From a virus, in IMG/VR virus record IMGVR_UViG_3300009285_002342, positions 32,001-96,000 of that record: 64,000 nt of DNA; one strand, written 5' to 3'. The translations under genes and the position numbers were made by a program. The notes under the pieces were generated by a model that worked only from the letters and a program-made list of their open reading frames with translations, was not told where the DNA came from and did not search any database. This document shows positions 49,281-60,387 of this stretch, piece by piece. The number at the start of each line of letters is the position of its first letter. Positions within the stretch are counted from its first letter, which is position 1.

Positions 49281-49790
49281 TTATTCTTGTTTACCGTCCT
49301 TTACCTGTTGGATAAAGGCATTTATGCACTCTCTAACTGTCTTCTCAGTTCTATCCCCGTTATGGTCTTTCATATACCTTTGAACGTCCCCCATAAACCC
49401 GGAGATTTCCCTTAAAATGATCTGTTTCTGATCATGTTTTTCGTATAGGTCTGCGACAAGTTTTTCTATTCTTGCCATAGTTTTCTCATTAGATTCCATC
49501 TTTTTGTCTATTTCATTAAGCACCTTATTAGCACATATACCTTGCTTATCTCCGCAGACTGTTAATGAAACAAGAGTTGGAATTACTTTTTCAATAGCCT
49601 TGATTTCTATTTTGGCTGTAGATATTTGTTTTTGAAGTATTTCATCTGATTCTTTCGAAGATTTCTTATGAGCTTCTAAATCCTCCCTATTTCGTTTTGT
49701 TGTTATCTGAGTACCGACGAAAGCCCCGGTGATTGAAACAAGCGCTGTTGCCGTAAGAAAAATAACCTGGGGGGACATCCAAGCGTCCAT
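49281..49790 (-). CDS. membrane-anchored coiled-coil protein (lysis-associated)
   Basis: N-terminal TM plus coiled coil. Confidence 0.55.
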   Translation of the reverse strand: MDAWMSPQVIFLTATALVSITGAFVGTQITTKRNREDLEAHKKSSKESDEILQKQISTAKIEIKAIEKVIPTLVSLTVCGDKQGICANKVLNEIDKKMESNEKTMARIEKLVADLYEKHDQKQIILREISGFMGDVQRYMKDHNGDRTEKTVRECINAFIQQVKDGKQE

Positions 49791-49791
49791 T

Positions 49792-50574
49792 TTACGCCCT
49801 CACTTCCCGAATCCGATATTGAGGAAATAGTTGAACAAAAGCGGGAGCTGGATAAATAGAACTATTTTGCGGTTCAGAAATACAGATAGTACCGTCCGCT
49901 AATACCCAAAGATTCATTGCGTGCGCAGACATAGGATTGCTATAAATATTAAAATGAGCATCTAAACAGACGGTAGCGTCGCCGCAATACGCTAACCATC
50001 CACGGAAAAGTCTTTGCGCAAAATCGTCGCAATCGACTCGTTCCGGTATATACGGAAGAAAACGTACTGGTGATTTTACGATTATCTTATCTAACATGCT
50101 TCTTGAGATTAGTGAATAAGAAGAATCGTCCGGAGAAGCCCAAACACAATTCGGTTCTAATGGAATTCCGCATGTAAGAATTTGCGATTGAAGATAGGAA
50201 TAGGGAACGGTTTTTTCCGTTTCTATTTTTATAGCAGGATCAATTATCGCTAAATATTTATCAATATCTACCGGATACCTAGGATCGCTCATCCACGCCA
50301 AAAGATTTTCGGGATTATGAATTCCATAATAATCCCTTACGAATACAGAAAACGTAATCGGAAAAAGACATTGTCTTAGATCTGTATACCATCTCATCGC
50401 ATGTAATAATATACGCATCGGCCTTCTTTCCGGTCTTCCTTCTTCAGCCATCACTTTAAAAACTTGTAAAAGCGAAGCCCCGCCTTCTGCTGTATCCGAA
50501 AAACCGGCATTTAGAATCCATTGATGCAACGGAGTAATAGCCATCAGTTTCCTCCGAAATCTACTTGTCTGCAA
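49792..50574 (-). CDS. protein with C-terminal papain/transglutaminase-like domain
   Basis: DCDDFA...HAMN...EPQ. Confidence 0.55.
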   Translation of the reverse strand: MQTSRFRRKLMAITPLHQWILNAGFSDTAEGGASLLQVFKVMAEEGRPERRPMRILLHAMRWYTDLRQCLFPITFSVFVRDYYGIHNPENLLAWMSDPRYPVDIDKYLAIIDPAIKIETEKTVPYSYLQSQILTCGIPLEPNCVWASPDDSSYSLISRSMLDKIIVKSPVRFLPYIPERVDCDDFAQRLFRGWLAYCGDATVCLDAHFNIYSNPMSAHAMNLWVLADGTICISEPQNSSIYPAPAFVQLFPQYRIREVRA

Positions 50575-51258
50575 AGCGCTAATAAGGCTTTGCCGAAAGT
50601 TTTTAAAACTTTCTTTGGATCGTTCACGTCTACATAAGCATCTATTTGTGCGTAGGTTAGTTTATCTAATTGCCGCCTTATCCTTAGTGCATTTATATAC
50701 TCTTGTCTTGAAGGTTTAACTGTTTCGTCGATTTCCGGAAGTTGAACCTGATTCATTTCCGAAGCCTTTTTTGACCATTTTGTTTGTTTTGTTTCCTTGT
50801 CGATAATAATTTCGGTTTTGTCTTCAGTCCAAATTAAATCATAAAGGTTTTCCTTTAATCCGTCAGCTTTCCCGTTAGAACCTCGATAATTTTTTCCTTG
50901 CTTTACGCAATCACGAATGAATTGTAGGATTTCATCGGAACCTTTATTTTTAATTATTAAGTTCATTTTTCCATATTCTCATTTGTTTTTCGAAGATTTC
51001 AATTTCTTCCCAAAAAGGAATTTGCCTTTTTGAAGTTTTATCTCCATAATTTTTTATTGCTTCTCGGAAAATAGAAAGACGATTTTTCTTTATCTTCAAT
51101 TCTTTTGTTAAACCGTATTTTTTAATATTATTTTCCAAGCTTTTATAATAGTAATTATATAATTTTTGCGCTTCTATAGTTCTTTTGTGAAAAAACCATT
51201 TATCTTCATTGTGAGCGCAAGATATAAAAAGAAAGATTATTAGAATGTACCATTTCAT
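50544..51258 (-). CDS. two hypothetical ORFs (50544-50966; lipoprotein-like 50950-51258)
   Basis: FISC lipobox-like sequence in the second. Confidence 0.55.
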
Positions 51259-54200
51259 TATACATCCTGCGCAGTTACTACGTTACCGGTTCCTGCGTCA
51301 GAGATTGAAGTACCTACTCGATATGTAATATTATCCCCGCCTTGGTTATTATCACAAGTTCCATCCAAGGCGATTCCTATATCCTTTGCATTGTTATTCA
51401 CCATATCTATATTGTTTCCTTGGATAATGTTCCTATCGGAACCTTGAAATCTTATACCGTACCGATTATAAGTGGCATCCGCGTTATCGACCACAATATT
51501 GTTCTGAGATATAATGCTATCATTAAGACCGGGTATCGATATTCCTTCGCAAAGCTGAACGGCCATATTAATATCGATAAATATATCATTTTTAGTTACT
51601 TTGCCCGTAGAGAGATTAAGGATTATCCCATACTGCAAATAATCCCCTGTCCGGGTATGAATGATGCTCACCTGGTTTTCTGAACAAATAACACCCCTCC
51701 CATTTTGCGTTATAATTCCATATATATAATAAGATGCGCTGTCATTGATTGACTTTAATGTATTATTAATTATTAGGGACTGAGGATCAACGTAAGTTTC
51801 CTGATAAGACTTGATACCTATATACTTGAAATTCTTAACTGTATTGCCAATAATTTTAGACGAAATTGTACTCGCGTCAAGGCGAATATCAACGCCTTTG
51901 TTTTCTGGAGAGTCTACGGTATTTGCAAAAATATTTATTTCGCTAATTTTATAGATGTAAATCGGGATACTGCCATCTATAAAGCTACAGTCACTTACTC
52001 TAATTATAGAGTTACCTAAATACCCATATACGCCATAATCTCCACTTGACGAAGCGCCTATTACTCCATCATCTACAAGATTAAAGGTTATTTGCCGAAC
52101 CAAAATTAATGCCGTATTTTGATTTGCTGTATCGCCATAGATATAGATCATTTTAGAATAAGCAGATGTATTCTGACTTTCAAAAGTAAAGTCTGAAAAT
52201 GAAAGCCGTTTTGTTAAATTATGTAAAGTAAAACCGTCGCTTCCGGCAGTATTTTTTAGAATTACCCCCCCTTGCGATTCACCGATAATCTCGATATCTC
52301 GATCTACAAGAAATATCCCACCAGAAGGTAAGGTATATTCACCATTCAAAAGGTAAATTCCGTTATGCCTACTTTCAGATAAAGCATTAATAGCAGTTTG
52401 AATGGAAGTGTATTGCCCCTGATTTGTATTTGGCCCGACAATTAGATTCGGTCTTCCCCATACATCAAATCCCGAAGACGCTAAAGACTCGGAAGATAAA
52501 GGTCCGCTTAACGGTGGTTCCCACATTTTTATATTTGTATCTTCTTCGTTTACGGTCAAGGCGGAAGGATCTAAATCTGCCCAATTATCTAACGAATCAG
52601 AGAGCCGAGTACAAGAAAACCCGATAGAAGCATCCCGATTAATTCGCATAGAATCAATTAAAATATCGTAAGATCCACCATAATCGGCATGATTTAATGT
52701 TATAACATCATTCGGTTGTAACGCTAACAAGGTAGACTTCCCGTTAAACCTAATCGTAGCGTCCGGAAGTAGTTTCCGTTGATAATGTAGAGTTCCTAAT
52801 TTTTGTGCATGAATTGAATTTTGTACGAACGGAAGTTCTAAAACTTCGTTACTAATTTTGGTTCTTGCTGTTTTAGCAGGGACTAAAATTTGAAGAAATT
52901 TATCTTGCGGTTCATCCGTTTCTTGCCAAGTAACATAACCACTATCCGAATTTTCTTCGTCGAATATTTCCGAATATTCAAAACTACTTTCCGCTGTTTC
53001 GCCACCTTGCGTTAAAACATCGGCCTTAGTCAAGGTTTTTTTAGATGTAGAAGAAAGGGGATAAAGCCCTAAAGTATTTTCAGAAATCAGAACGGAATTA
53101 CACATACTTTGTAACCTAGCGATTATCTTTTCCCTAGGTTCTTTATACCAGAACGCCCCGTTCCACGTTAACCCCCATCCCGAATATACCGTTTCTGCGT
53201 CTGTAAAGATTGTCGAACCAATAATAGATGTAGAAACCCCTAAGTTTTTTACAACATTCTTAATCACGTTAGCAGGATTAGTCATAGACGAAGTATCTGA
53301 ACGCATAAACTTCGTAGGTATATCCAGAAAATAATCCCCTTGTTTCCAAACTCCCGGTGCATCCGCAGTACCGTCATTATCTACGTCCATAATCATAGGA
53401 TGCATTACCCGCCAATTTACCGAAGTCGATTCCGCTTTAGTGTATTGCGAAAATGTATACCCGGTAGAAGTCCAAATACTTTTTCGTCCCCATTCCCTCG
53501 GGGATCGAACTTTTTGTAAAGTATAGGTTAAAGACGTACTTCCTAAAACATACGCTCGACTGCCTTGCGTTACCGTTACGGAATCACCTACTGCTTCCGC
53601 TACGAAACCAGCATTTTCGGCGTATTCCATTTCCGTAGAAGATCTAGCTAAAACAATAGCGCTTTGATTATTCGCCGTAGACGTAAAACCGGAAATAGGC
53701 GTAGTCCGTCCAACTTCAAAATTATCGAAAGCGGAAGAAGCCGTTCTGAGTTTACATCGACTCCCGTTACTAGAAGCTACGGCGGAAATAGCGGTAGAAG
53801 TTAATGAGGTAAACGTAGGAATATAAACGCTTCTTAAAGGAACGTAAGCTACCCCATAAGGTTCCGGAACACAAACATTATCGTCTTTAACTTGCGCAGA
53901 ATTCGGAAAAATATCTTTAACTAAACGAGTATTCGGATAATCGCCTTTAAGGTATCTTTGTAAATAATCTACGCAATGAAACCTTAAAGCTTGCATCTGT
54001 GGTTCCGCCCTACGAACAATAAAACGGAATTGTCTTATAACTGCTTCGTTCGTATAATCGCTCATTACGAGTTGTAGCAATAAATCTGCGTCGGTAAAAT
54101 CAGTAGCGGTTAAAGTATTCGCAGGATTCGTTACAAGAAAGGTAAGTTCGTTAGGCGCTTGTAGCCCCATTTCGGATTGATTACGATTTAATTCTACTCC

Positions 54201-54371
54201 GTTAAACGAATCGGGAATAATCCGGAAGGTATAGGCGTTTCCTCCGTAACTTCTAGTCACCGTAGACCACCGATACGTCGTCGCCCCGGTAGTAACTACA
54301 GTAAATCCCCAAAAGATTTTTTTGGATACAGCGGAAACTATCGTTTGTTGGGTTGCGTCAAATGTTATCAT
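51258..54371 (-). CDS. large tail/baseplate protein with C-terminal right-handed beta-helix (receptor-binding/depolymerase-like)
   Basis: P..YG and LQPNDVITL tail motifs; YTSIQTAIN, NGEY, I.G then I..N.I repeats. Confidence 0.8.
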   Translation of the reverse strand: MITFDATQQTIVSAVSKKIFWGFTVVTTGATTYRWSTVTRSYGGNAYTFRIIPDSFNGVELNRNQSEMGLQAPNELTFLVTNPANTLTATDFTDADLLLQLVMSDYTNEAVIRQFRFIVRRAEPQMQALRFHCVDYLQRYLKGDYPNTRLVKDIFPNSAQVKDDNVCVPEPYGVAYVPLRSVYIPTFTSLTSTAISAVASSNGSRCKLRTASSAFDNFEVGRTTPISGFTSTANNQSAIVLARSSTEMEYAENAGFVAEAVGDSVTVTQGSRAYVLGSTSLTYTLQKVRSPREWGRKSIWTSTGYTFSQYTKAESTSVNWRVMHPMIMDVDNDGTADAPGVWKQGDYFLDIPTKFMRSDTSSMTNPANVIKNVVKNLGVSTSIIGSTIFTDAETVYSGWGLTWNGAFWYKEPREKIIARLQSMCNSVLISENTLGLYPLSSTSKKTLTKADVLTQGGETAESSFEYSEIFDEENSDSGYVTWQETDEPQDKFLQILVPAKTARTKISNEVLELPFVQNSIHAQKLGTLHYQRKLLPDATIRFNGKSTLLALQPNDVITLNHADYGGSYDILIDSMRINRDASIGFSCTRLSDSLDNWADLDPSALTVNEEDTNIKMWEPPLSGPLSSESLASSGFDVWGRPNLIVGPNTNQGQYTSIQTAINALSESRHNGIYLLNGEYTLPSGGIFLVDRDIEIIGESQGGVILKNTAGSDGFTLHNLTKRLSFSDFTFESQNTSAYSKMIYIYGDTANQNTALILVRQITFNLVDDGVIGASSSGDYGVYGYLGNSIIRVSDCSFIDGSIPIYIYKISEINIFANTVDSPENKGVDIRLDASTISSKIIGNTVKNFKYIGIKSYQETYVDPQSLIINNTLKSINDSASYYIYGIITQNGRGVICSENQVSIIHTRTGDYLQYGIILNLSTGKVTKNDIFIDINMAVQLCEGISIPGLNDSIISQNNIVVDNADATYNRYGIRFQGSDRNIIQGNNIDMVNNNAKDIGIALDGTCDNNQGGDNITYRVGTSISDAGTGNVVTAQDV

Positions 54372-54372
54372 A

Positions 54373-54470
54373 CCTTCCTACGCTTCGTAGAATCCCCTAC
54401 GTTAAACGATCTATTCTTAACCCTAGTTACCCTACGTTCGAAAAATTTAAACGCCTTAAAAACGATTCTA
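54373..54470. repeat. dispersed bipartite palindromic element, copy 5
   Basis: CCTTCCTACGCTTCGTAGAATCCCCTACGTTAAACGATCTA-N35-AAACGCCTTAAAAACGATTCTA. Confidence 0.9.
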
Positions 54471-54884
54471 CGTCGTTCCTAAGATTTTAAGTTTCATTTG
54501 CGGGACGCCTTGTATTCCTAAAGCGTAAGGTCCGGGCCTCATCGTTCGGGTAACATCGTCGGCGAACCTAGCACAATATGTATGCCCGTCGCCATAATTT
54601 AATTTAAAACTTCGGGCGATTCCGTTACCTTTTCCGGTAGACATCCAATAATCGAAAATTGTACCAATATTAGCAGCCATCTCGGTAGGCCATCTTAGGT
54701 TAACATACGCTATCGGAGAATTAGAAAAACTAATTCTTTCTTCGCTTCCGTCGTCCCCATAACGAACCATTTGGTTTTTTGTAACCATTTCTTCTATGAC
54801 TTCCTGCGGACTTAATTGTAAAGCCGAAGAAGTAAAGTTTACGGTAGCTGCGGAAAGATAGTCGAACAGCTCTTTTGACGCCAA
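54468..54884 (-). CDS. distal tail protein (probable)
   Basis: Position after the tape measure; DDGSEER..., GNG.ARSF, Y.ARF. Confidence 0.6.
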   Translation of the reverse strand: MASKELFDYLSAATVNFTSSALQLSPQEVIEEMVTKNQMVRYGDDGSEERISFSNSPIAYVNLRWPTEMAANIGTIFDYWMSTGKGNGIARSFKLNYGDGHTYCARFADDVTRTMRPGPYALGIQGVPQMKLKILGTT

Positions 54885-54885
54885 T

Positions 54886-57800
54886 TTATTGCTCCATTAT
54901 TCTACGCATTTTTTTAATGGTTTGTGGATTCTTCGAAGCTTTGTCCATAACTATAGAAGCAATAACCTGTCCGTCTATAGCGATTTGAACTGGTTGATTG
55001 CTATTTTGCGGTAAGGCTTGTAGAATATATTTAGCTATGGATTTTCCGATTTCGTCCGGATCAATACCGATAGATTTGAGGAAATTTTCGTTTCTAGGAT
55101 TACTGGATGCAGGGATTGCCCATTCCGATCCGTTTTCTCCGAAGATAGCGGGAACACCAGGATTGAAACCACCTAAATCGTATCCACGCATTTGCCGAAG
55201 TTGCTCTATCGTATAATTAACCCCTTGAGCGTGAGTCATCCCTAGGTCAAACAAGATGTCGCTACGCCTATTTCCCGCAGATTGATCTTGAGGGGTTATA
55301 ACTGGGGTATAGGTTGAAGTGAAATTCCATCCAGAATCACCAGTAGCACTTACATTATTTACAGGAGGAGAATAAGGAACAGTCACGGTAACTGGATCGG
55401 TATAGGTCGGTGTAAAATCCCATCCAGAATCACCAGTAGCCCCTACTACATTAATTGGGGCAGGAACATACCCGACTGTGGTTCCGGAATCCGTAGTCAT
55501 ACTTCCTGGCAAAATAGGGCTAACGGGCTGCCCCGTAAGATTTAAAAGCGAAGTATTAATCAAAGAAAGATAATTAACCATATCTGTTGTATTATCTGCG
55601 ATTTGTTGCTGAAGAAGATCCTGTGTATCTTCTGCTAATCCCCTTACGTCCATTACGTCGTTAATTATTGCTCTCGCTACTTCTTTGTAATCTTCGGAAT
55701 ATCCACCCATAAAACCAGCATATTCTCTAGCGAAAGATTCAAATTTCGATATCGCCCCAGGTAAATCTTCTGGCGCTGCATTCCTAGCTGCATTTAACAG
55801 GTCTGTATATTTCGTCCCGTAATATTCCGCGCTTTGTACCGGAGACAAACTTCCTCCGGTTAATTCGTCGATTAAAGCAGTTAGAGATTCTTTGCTTTGT
55901 TCAAGAGAATTAATGATTTGTTCATTTTGCTGATTTTGTTTTTCTGTAAGACTTTGGATTTCGCCCATTACCGAATAAATTTCGTTCGAAATATCTAGCG
56001 AATCTGCCCAATATGTAAGGGAATTTTTATCCAAATTCAAAAGTTGAGTTGCTAATCCGCCGGCGTATCCTAAATATTCTTCGGTCCCCCAGTCTTTTCT
56101 TTGATAACCTTGAATATCCGCCTTTACTGCGCCCGCCAACTCAATCATTCCGAACATTCCGCCTAATAGCGTTTGCCCTAAAGAGGCTAATTGTTGCAAT
56201 AATTCGGAAGGTTCCATTCCGATAGATCCAGCGTAAGCGGTAAATTGTTCACGATTAGCCGGATTTAAAGCTGCTGTTAACCAGGAAGCGGTATTAGAAG
56301 GCGTAATTTGCTCCATACCGATTCCGGTTTGTGCCGAAAAAAGACTAGCTTGAATAGCAGCTGAATATTGAGGCAGGAAACCTTCTAAAATAGAAGCTTG
56401 CGTTTTTAGAAGATCGTTAAGTTTTTTAACAGACTCTTCTTCCGCAGTAGTTATGTTTGCTATTGCTACGGCCCTACGCTCCTCGACCCATGTAATGTAT
56501 TCTTCCGCCGCACCCATTTTGCGAAGTTGTTCAATATAACCATCAAATTGTTGATTGACATTGTAAACTTCTTGGTCATACTTTGTTAAAGCCCCAGTAG
56601 CCACCATAATTGAATGATAAATACTCTCTACAGTTGTTATCGCATCTTGTGTTGTCGTGTTAAATACCGCTAAAGCATTAGAAAGAGCGATAATTTCTTC
56701 TGCGGTAAAACCTCCTTCTTCGTATTGATGAAATAAACCGCCCAAAGCTTCATATCCGCCGGAAACAGTACGGGTGTCACGGACAAAATCTGGAGCGTTT
56801 TGCAAAGCGTCAAAAGCGCCTTGTCCTAAAGCAAGGGCCATTTGTTGAGAAGCAGCATCCCAATACGCAGTACCAATTTGCGCTACAATCTCTTCTATAC
56901 TTCTTCCACTAGCCCCACCTTCGAAAAGTGTAACGTTGAGACCTTCTAAACGATCTTTAAAATCATCGAAAATATCATAAGGAAGGGCAGCTTCCGCCCA
57001 GTCCTCTATACTGCTTCTTACCGTTGTAGCGAAATCGTCTATAGCGGTTTCTAATTCTAAATAGAAACCCTCCTGATCATCTGTGCCTGTTCGATAAAAA
57101 TCCCAAGATTCAGGAGTACTTCGAAAACCTTCTACGCCAGCATCCGGATTACCGATACCGGACCCGCCATATTGATATGCATCCGGAACAAAGTCAGGAA
57201 AACGTGCACTATCGCCATAACCAAGGGAAAGTTCGGGAATATAACGGAATTTATCTTTATTAAAATGTTCAAGAATTCCAGCAAAAACCGCAACGGCACC
57301 GGCAGCCATAAGGAACGGACCGGCAACCGCTCCGATAGAAGTTGCGCTATATCCACCGGCCGCACTCGCTCCCGCGCCTTCGCCTAGTCCTCCGGCCATA
57401 GCGGAAGTATTATAACCAACGCCAGCACCCGTACCGCCAAACATCTTTTTAACCCAAGCCCCAACGCTTGCTGCTGCGCTAATGTTCCCTACAGCATTCC
57501 CAACCGCTCCTCCGGTTAATCCTCCTAAAAAGTCATAAACAATCGGGACAATAATCTTTTCTGCTGCTGCCTTAGCTGCCATTTCGGCTAACGCTTTAGC
57601 GAAAAGATCGGTCATCTTTTCAAGCATATCGGTCCAACCATCAATATTCCCTTTATAAATATCGAAGAAAAAATCAGCGGTAAAATCCGTTACCCTTTTT
57701 GTAAAATGTCGATTTTCTTCTTCCTGTTTTTTTAATGCCTTTTTCTCAGCTTCCACCCTTTCGTCGATAAACTCAAATTCTTCTTTTAATGCTTTTTCTA

Positions 57801-59808
57801 ATCTGTCTTGCCTATATTTTTCTTCTTCTGCGTTAATTATTGCTAATGCGTCTTTATGATATTGAACGATAAGTTTTTGTGTTTCTTCGTTCGCACCGGC
57901 TAATATTTTAAATCCTTCAACTTCTTTTTCTAAAGTTTCTCTACGACGATTAAATTGGTTCACGTCTAACTTAATCATCATTTTTTCGTAATTATCGTAA
58001 GACTTTTTCTCTGCTTCCGCTCTTTCATCGATAAACTCAAATTCTTTCTTTAAAGCCTTTTCAAGTCGCTCATTAAGTGACTTCTCAAAATCTTGATTCA
58101 TTAAAGCTAAGGCGGCTTTATGCGCTTCTTTAACTTTGTCTCCTAATAACGGATATTGTTCTTTATATTTTTCCGCCATTTTATATGCTTCTTCAAACGA
58201 AGCGTTTACCTCCGATTCTTCGAAAGCGAACGGATCAAGTTTAAATTTATTAACTATGCTTTGTAATTCACGCATCTTTCGTTCAAGACGCTGTTGCTCT
58301 TCCCAGTCTAGTTTAGGCGTTCTTAAAGGATTAATATAAGTTTCTTCTTGCCCGGCACCGGCCATCGCTTCTATTTGTTCGTAAAGTTCTTTTCTTTCTT
58401 CGGCAACTTTTACTTCCTCGTTTTCTAAACGATAGATCGTCCGTTTAGCTCGTTCAATTTCATTTTCTAAACGAAGTAATTCTTGCAGATCTTTTTTTAA
58501 AGTATCATTAATATGAATACTTTTTAATCCATCCATTTTTGGTTCTAATGCATTTTCTCTATACCATTTTATGCTTTCGTTAAGACGTTTATGTGCCATT
58601 TCTAAATCTAAAAGATCGTTTTTTACAATTTGGATTTGATTAGGAGGATAATAATATGTTTCCCAATCCTTTTCTACCTTTCCGGGTTTTGTAAGCGCAT
58701 CTAAAGAATCTTGCCATTTTGGGTACATTCCCTTAGCGGTCATATCCGCCCAGTTTTGTAAATGAACACCAAAATCATGCGCTTCTTTAGCGATGGCGGT
58801 AAAAATCGCTGTGTAACCAGCGCCTTTTAGCCCAGCCTTACCGAAAAGGACTACCCCTACTATCCCTCCTTTTAAAATCCACGGATAATCATCTAGGAAT
58901 TTTACCGAAGACCGAACCGCATTTTCTGTTTTTTCTACCCATTCGGTAATATTTTCTTTCATTAACTCATTATTTGCTTCCCTCCACTCTTTCGTCGCTT
59001 TTACAATTTCCTTTACAGCGGTAACGAAAAGTTTCATCCCCCCCGAATCCATAAAGGCTAGGCGAAGGTAATCCATTTCGTTTTTCAAACGATTTATTTC
59101 TGCATACGCTGCCTTAGCCGCTTCCGGAACGGCTTCCCCGTAAGCCCTAGTAAACTCACGAGCTAAACGGGGGAGCATATCTTCGGAAAGAATTTTACCT
59201 TGCCGAACTTGTTCAATCATTTGTTCCGTAGTTAGCCCCATCGCCTTCGCGGCTCTAGCGAAAGCGCCTGGAATATGATCGCCTAACTGTCGCCGTAATT
59301 CTTCCATAGCCACTACGCCCTTAGACATCATCTGCTCAAGTGCGTATAAGGCCATTTTAGTTTTTTCTTGTGTAAGACCGAGAACAACGGAAGCTTCGTT
59401 AACCGAAGTGAAAATCTTTCTAGTTTGTTCCATCGTAAGATTAGTAACGCGGGCAGCGGCGGCGAAGGTTTGAAAGGATTTGACTTGATCTCGGTAAACT
59501 AATCCTAATCTATCGGATTCTTGACGGAGCCATTTAATCTGCTGTTGACCTTCGACGGCAGATTCAAAAACAGCATTCATACTTCTCGACATTCGGTCGA
59601 AAGTAACGCCGGTTTCTATAAGACTTTTCCCCAATTCACGTAACCCCCATCCTCCAAAGGCGGTTACTGCTAAACGTTTTAAATTAGTAAAACCGGCGGA
59701 AAGATCTTCTGTAGATTTACGAAGGGCCGCTAAATCCTTTCGCGCTTGCTGCATTCCTGCGGTAAATTCAGCCGAATGAATACCGATTCTTAATAATAAT
59801 GGATTCAT
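54886..59808 (-). CDS. tape measure protein
   Basis: QMMSKGVVAMEELRRQLGDHIPGA tape-measure domain; 1640 aa helical. Confidence 0.92.
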   Translation of the reverse strand: MNPLLLRIGIHSAEFTAGMQQARKDLAALRKSTEDLSAGFTNLKRLAVTAFGGWGLRELGKSLIETGVTFDRMSRSMNAVFESAVEGQQQIKWLRQESDRLGLVYRDQVKSFQTFAAAARVTNLTMEQTRKIFTSVNEASVVLGLTQEKTKMALYALEQMMSKGVVAMEELRRQLGDHIPGAFARAAKAMGLTTEQMIEQVRQGKILSEDMLPRLAREFTRAYGEAVPEAAKAAYAEINRLKNEMDYLRLAFMDSGGMKLFVTAVKEIVKATKEWREANNELMKENITEWVEKTENAVRSSVKFLDDYPWILKGGIVGVVLFGKAGLKGAGYTAIFTAIAKEAHDFGVHLQNWADMTAKGMYPKWQDSLDALTKPGKVEKDWETYYYPPNQIQIVKNDLLDLEMAHKRLNESIKWYRENALEPKMDGLKSIHINDTLKKDLQELLRLENEIERAKRTIYRLENEEVKVAEERKELYEQIEAMAGAGQEETYINPLRTPKLDWEEQQRLERKMRELQSIVNKFKLDPFAFEESEVNASFEEAYKMAEKYKEQYPLLGDKVKEAHKAALALMNQDFEKSLNERLEKALKKEFEFIDERAEAEKKSYDNYEKMMIKLDVNQFNRRRETLEKEVEGFKILAGANEETQKLIVQYHKDALAIINAEEEKYRQDRLEKALKEEFEFIDERVEAEKKALKKQEEENRHFTKRVTDFTADFFFDIYKGNIDGWTDMLEKMTDLFAKALAEMAAKAAAEKIIVPIVYDFLGGLTGGAVGNAVGNISAAASVGAWVKKMFGGTGAGVGYNTSAMAGGLGEGAGASAAGGYSATSIGAVAGPFLMAAGAVAVFAGILEHFNKDKFRYIPELSLGYGDSARFPDFVPDAYQYGGSGIGNPDAGVEGFRSTPESWDFYRTGTDDQEGFYLELETAIDDFATTVRSSIEDWAEAALPYDIFDDFKDRLEGLNVTLFEGGASGRSIEEIVAQIGTAYWDAASQQMALALGQGAFDALQNAPDFVRDTRTVSGGYEALGGLFHQYEEGGFTAEEIIALSNALAVFNTTTQDAITTVESIYHSIMVATGALTKYDQEVYNVNQQFDGYIEQLRKMGAAEEYITWVEERRAVAIANITTAEEESVKKLNDLLKTQASILEGFLPQYSAAIQASLFSAQTGIGMEQITPSNTASWLTAALNPANREQFTAYAGSIGMEPSELLQQLASLGQTLLGGMFGMIELAGAVKADIQGYQRKDWGTEEYLGYAGGLATQLLNLDKNSLTYWADSLDISNEIYSVMGEIQSLTEKQNQQNEQIINSLEQSKESLTALIDELTGGSLSPVQSAEYYGTKYTDLLNAARNAAPEDLPGAISKFESFAREYAGFMGGYSEDYKEVARAIINDVMDVRGLAEDTQDLLQQQIADNTTDMVNYLSLINTSLLNLTGQPVSPILPGSMTTDSGTTVGYVPAPINVVGATGDSGWDFTPTYTDPVTVTVPYSPPVNNVSATGDSGWNFTSTYTPVITPQDQSAGNRRSDILFDLGMTHAQGVNYTIEQLRQMRGYDLGGFNPGVPAIFGENGSEWAIPASSNPRNENFLKSIGIDPDEIGKSIAKYILQALPQNSNQPVQIAIDGQVIASIVMDKASKNPQTIKKMRRIMEQ

Positions 59809-60361
59809 CGCGCCCTTCGTCCCTTTTTGCCCGCTAAACGGTTAGCCATATTCTTCTGGATACGTTTATCGGCTTCGGTTTCGGAATCGATCTTAAAGAA
59901 TGCCCTCCACTTCGGAATCTCAGTAGAGGGCATTGAATCAAGCATTTCATCAACGGTCATCCCAAGTTCCCTAGCTAAGAAGAAATAAAATCGTTCTTCG
60001 GGATGACCAAACCTCAGTCCTTTTCGGCCTGTTCAGTAGCGTCTTTCGTAAGACCGGAAATACGCATCGCCTTCGACACAAGAAGTTCTACCGGTCCCGA
60101 AGATTTTTCCATAAGCCATTCGGAATCGTCTTGCGAAAAGATTCTTTCCTGGGTTTCCGGATCGAAACAACAAGCGATAAGCATTTGCGCGTGTAACTTA
60201 TCGTGTTGAATCTTACCGTCATCGTTCATTGATTCGTTCAACACAAAAGCCCGCTGTTTCGCGGTCATCGTTCTAAGCTCAATAGAACAATCCCACACAG
60301 CAATCTTAACGATTTCCTTCTTAATGTCGTCTGCGCTTCTAATCTTGTCTCTTAAACTCAT
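59805..60361 (-). CDS. tail assembly chaperone pair (gpG 60014-60361 and -1 frameshift extension gpGT to 59805)
   Basis: GAA AAG at 60020-60025; -1 frame GLRFGHPEERFYFFLARELGMTVDEML...* ends on the tape measure ATG. Confidence 0.8.
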
Positions 60362-60387
60362 TTTCTTTCCTCCTTTTCGATTTTTGA

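Noticed and set aside
51258-54371. Diversity-generating retroelement target
   Set aside because: No reverse transcriptase and no TR/VR pair differing at adenines seen
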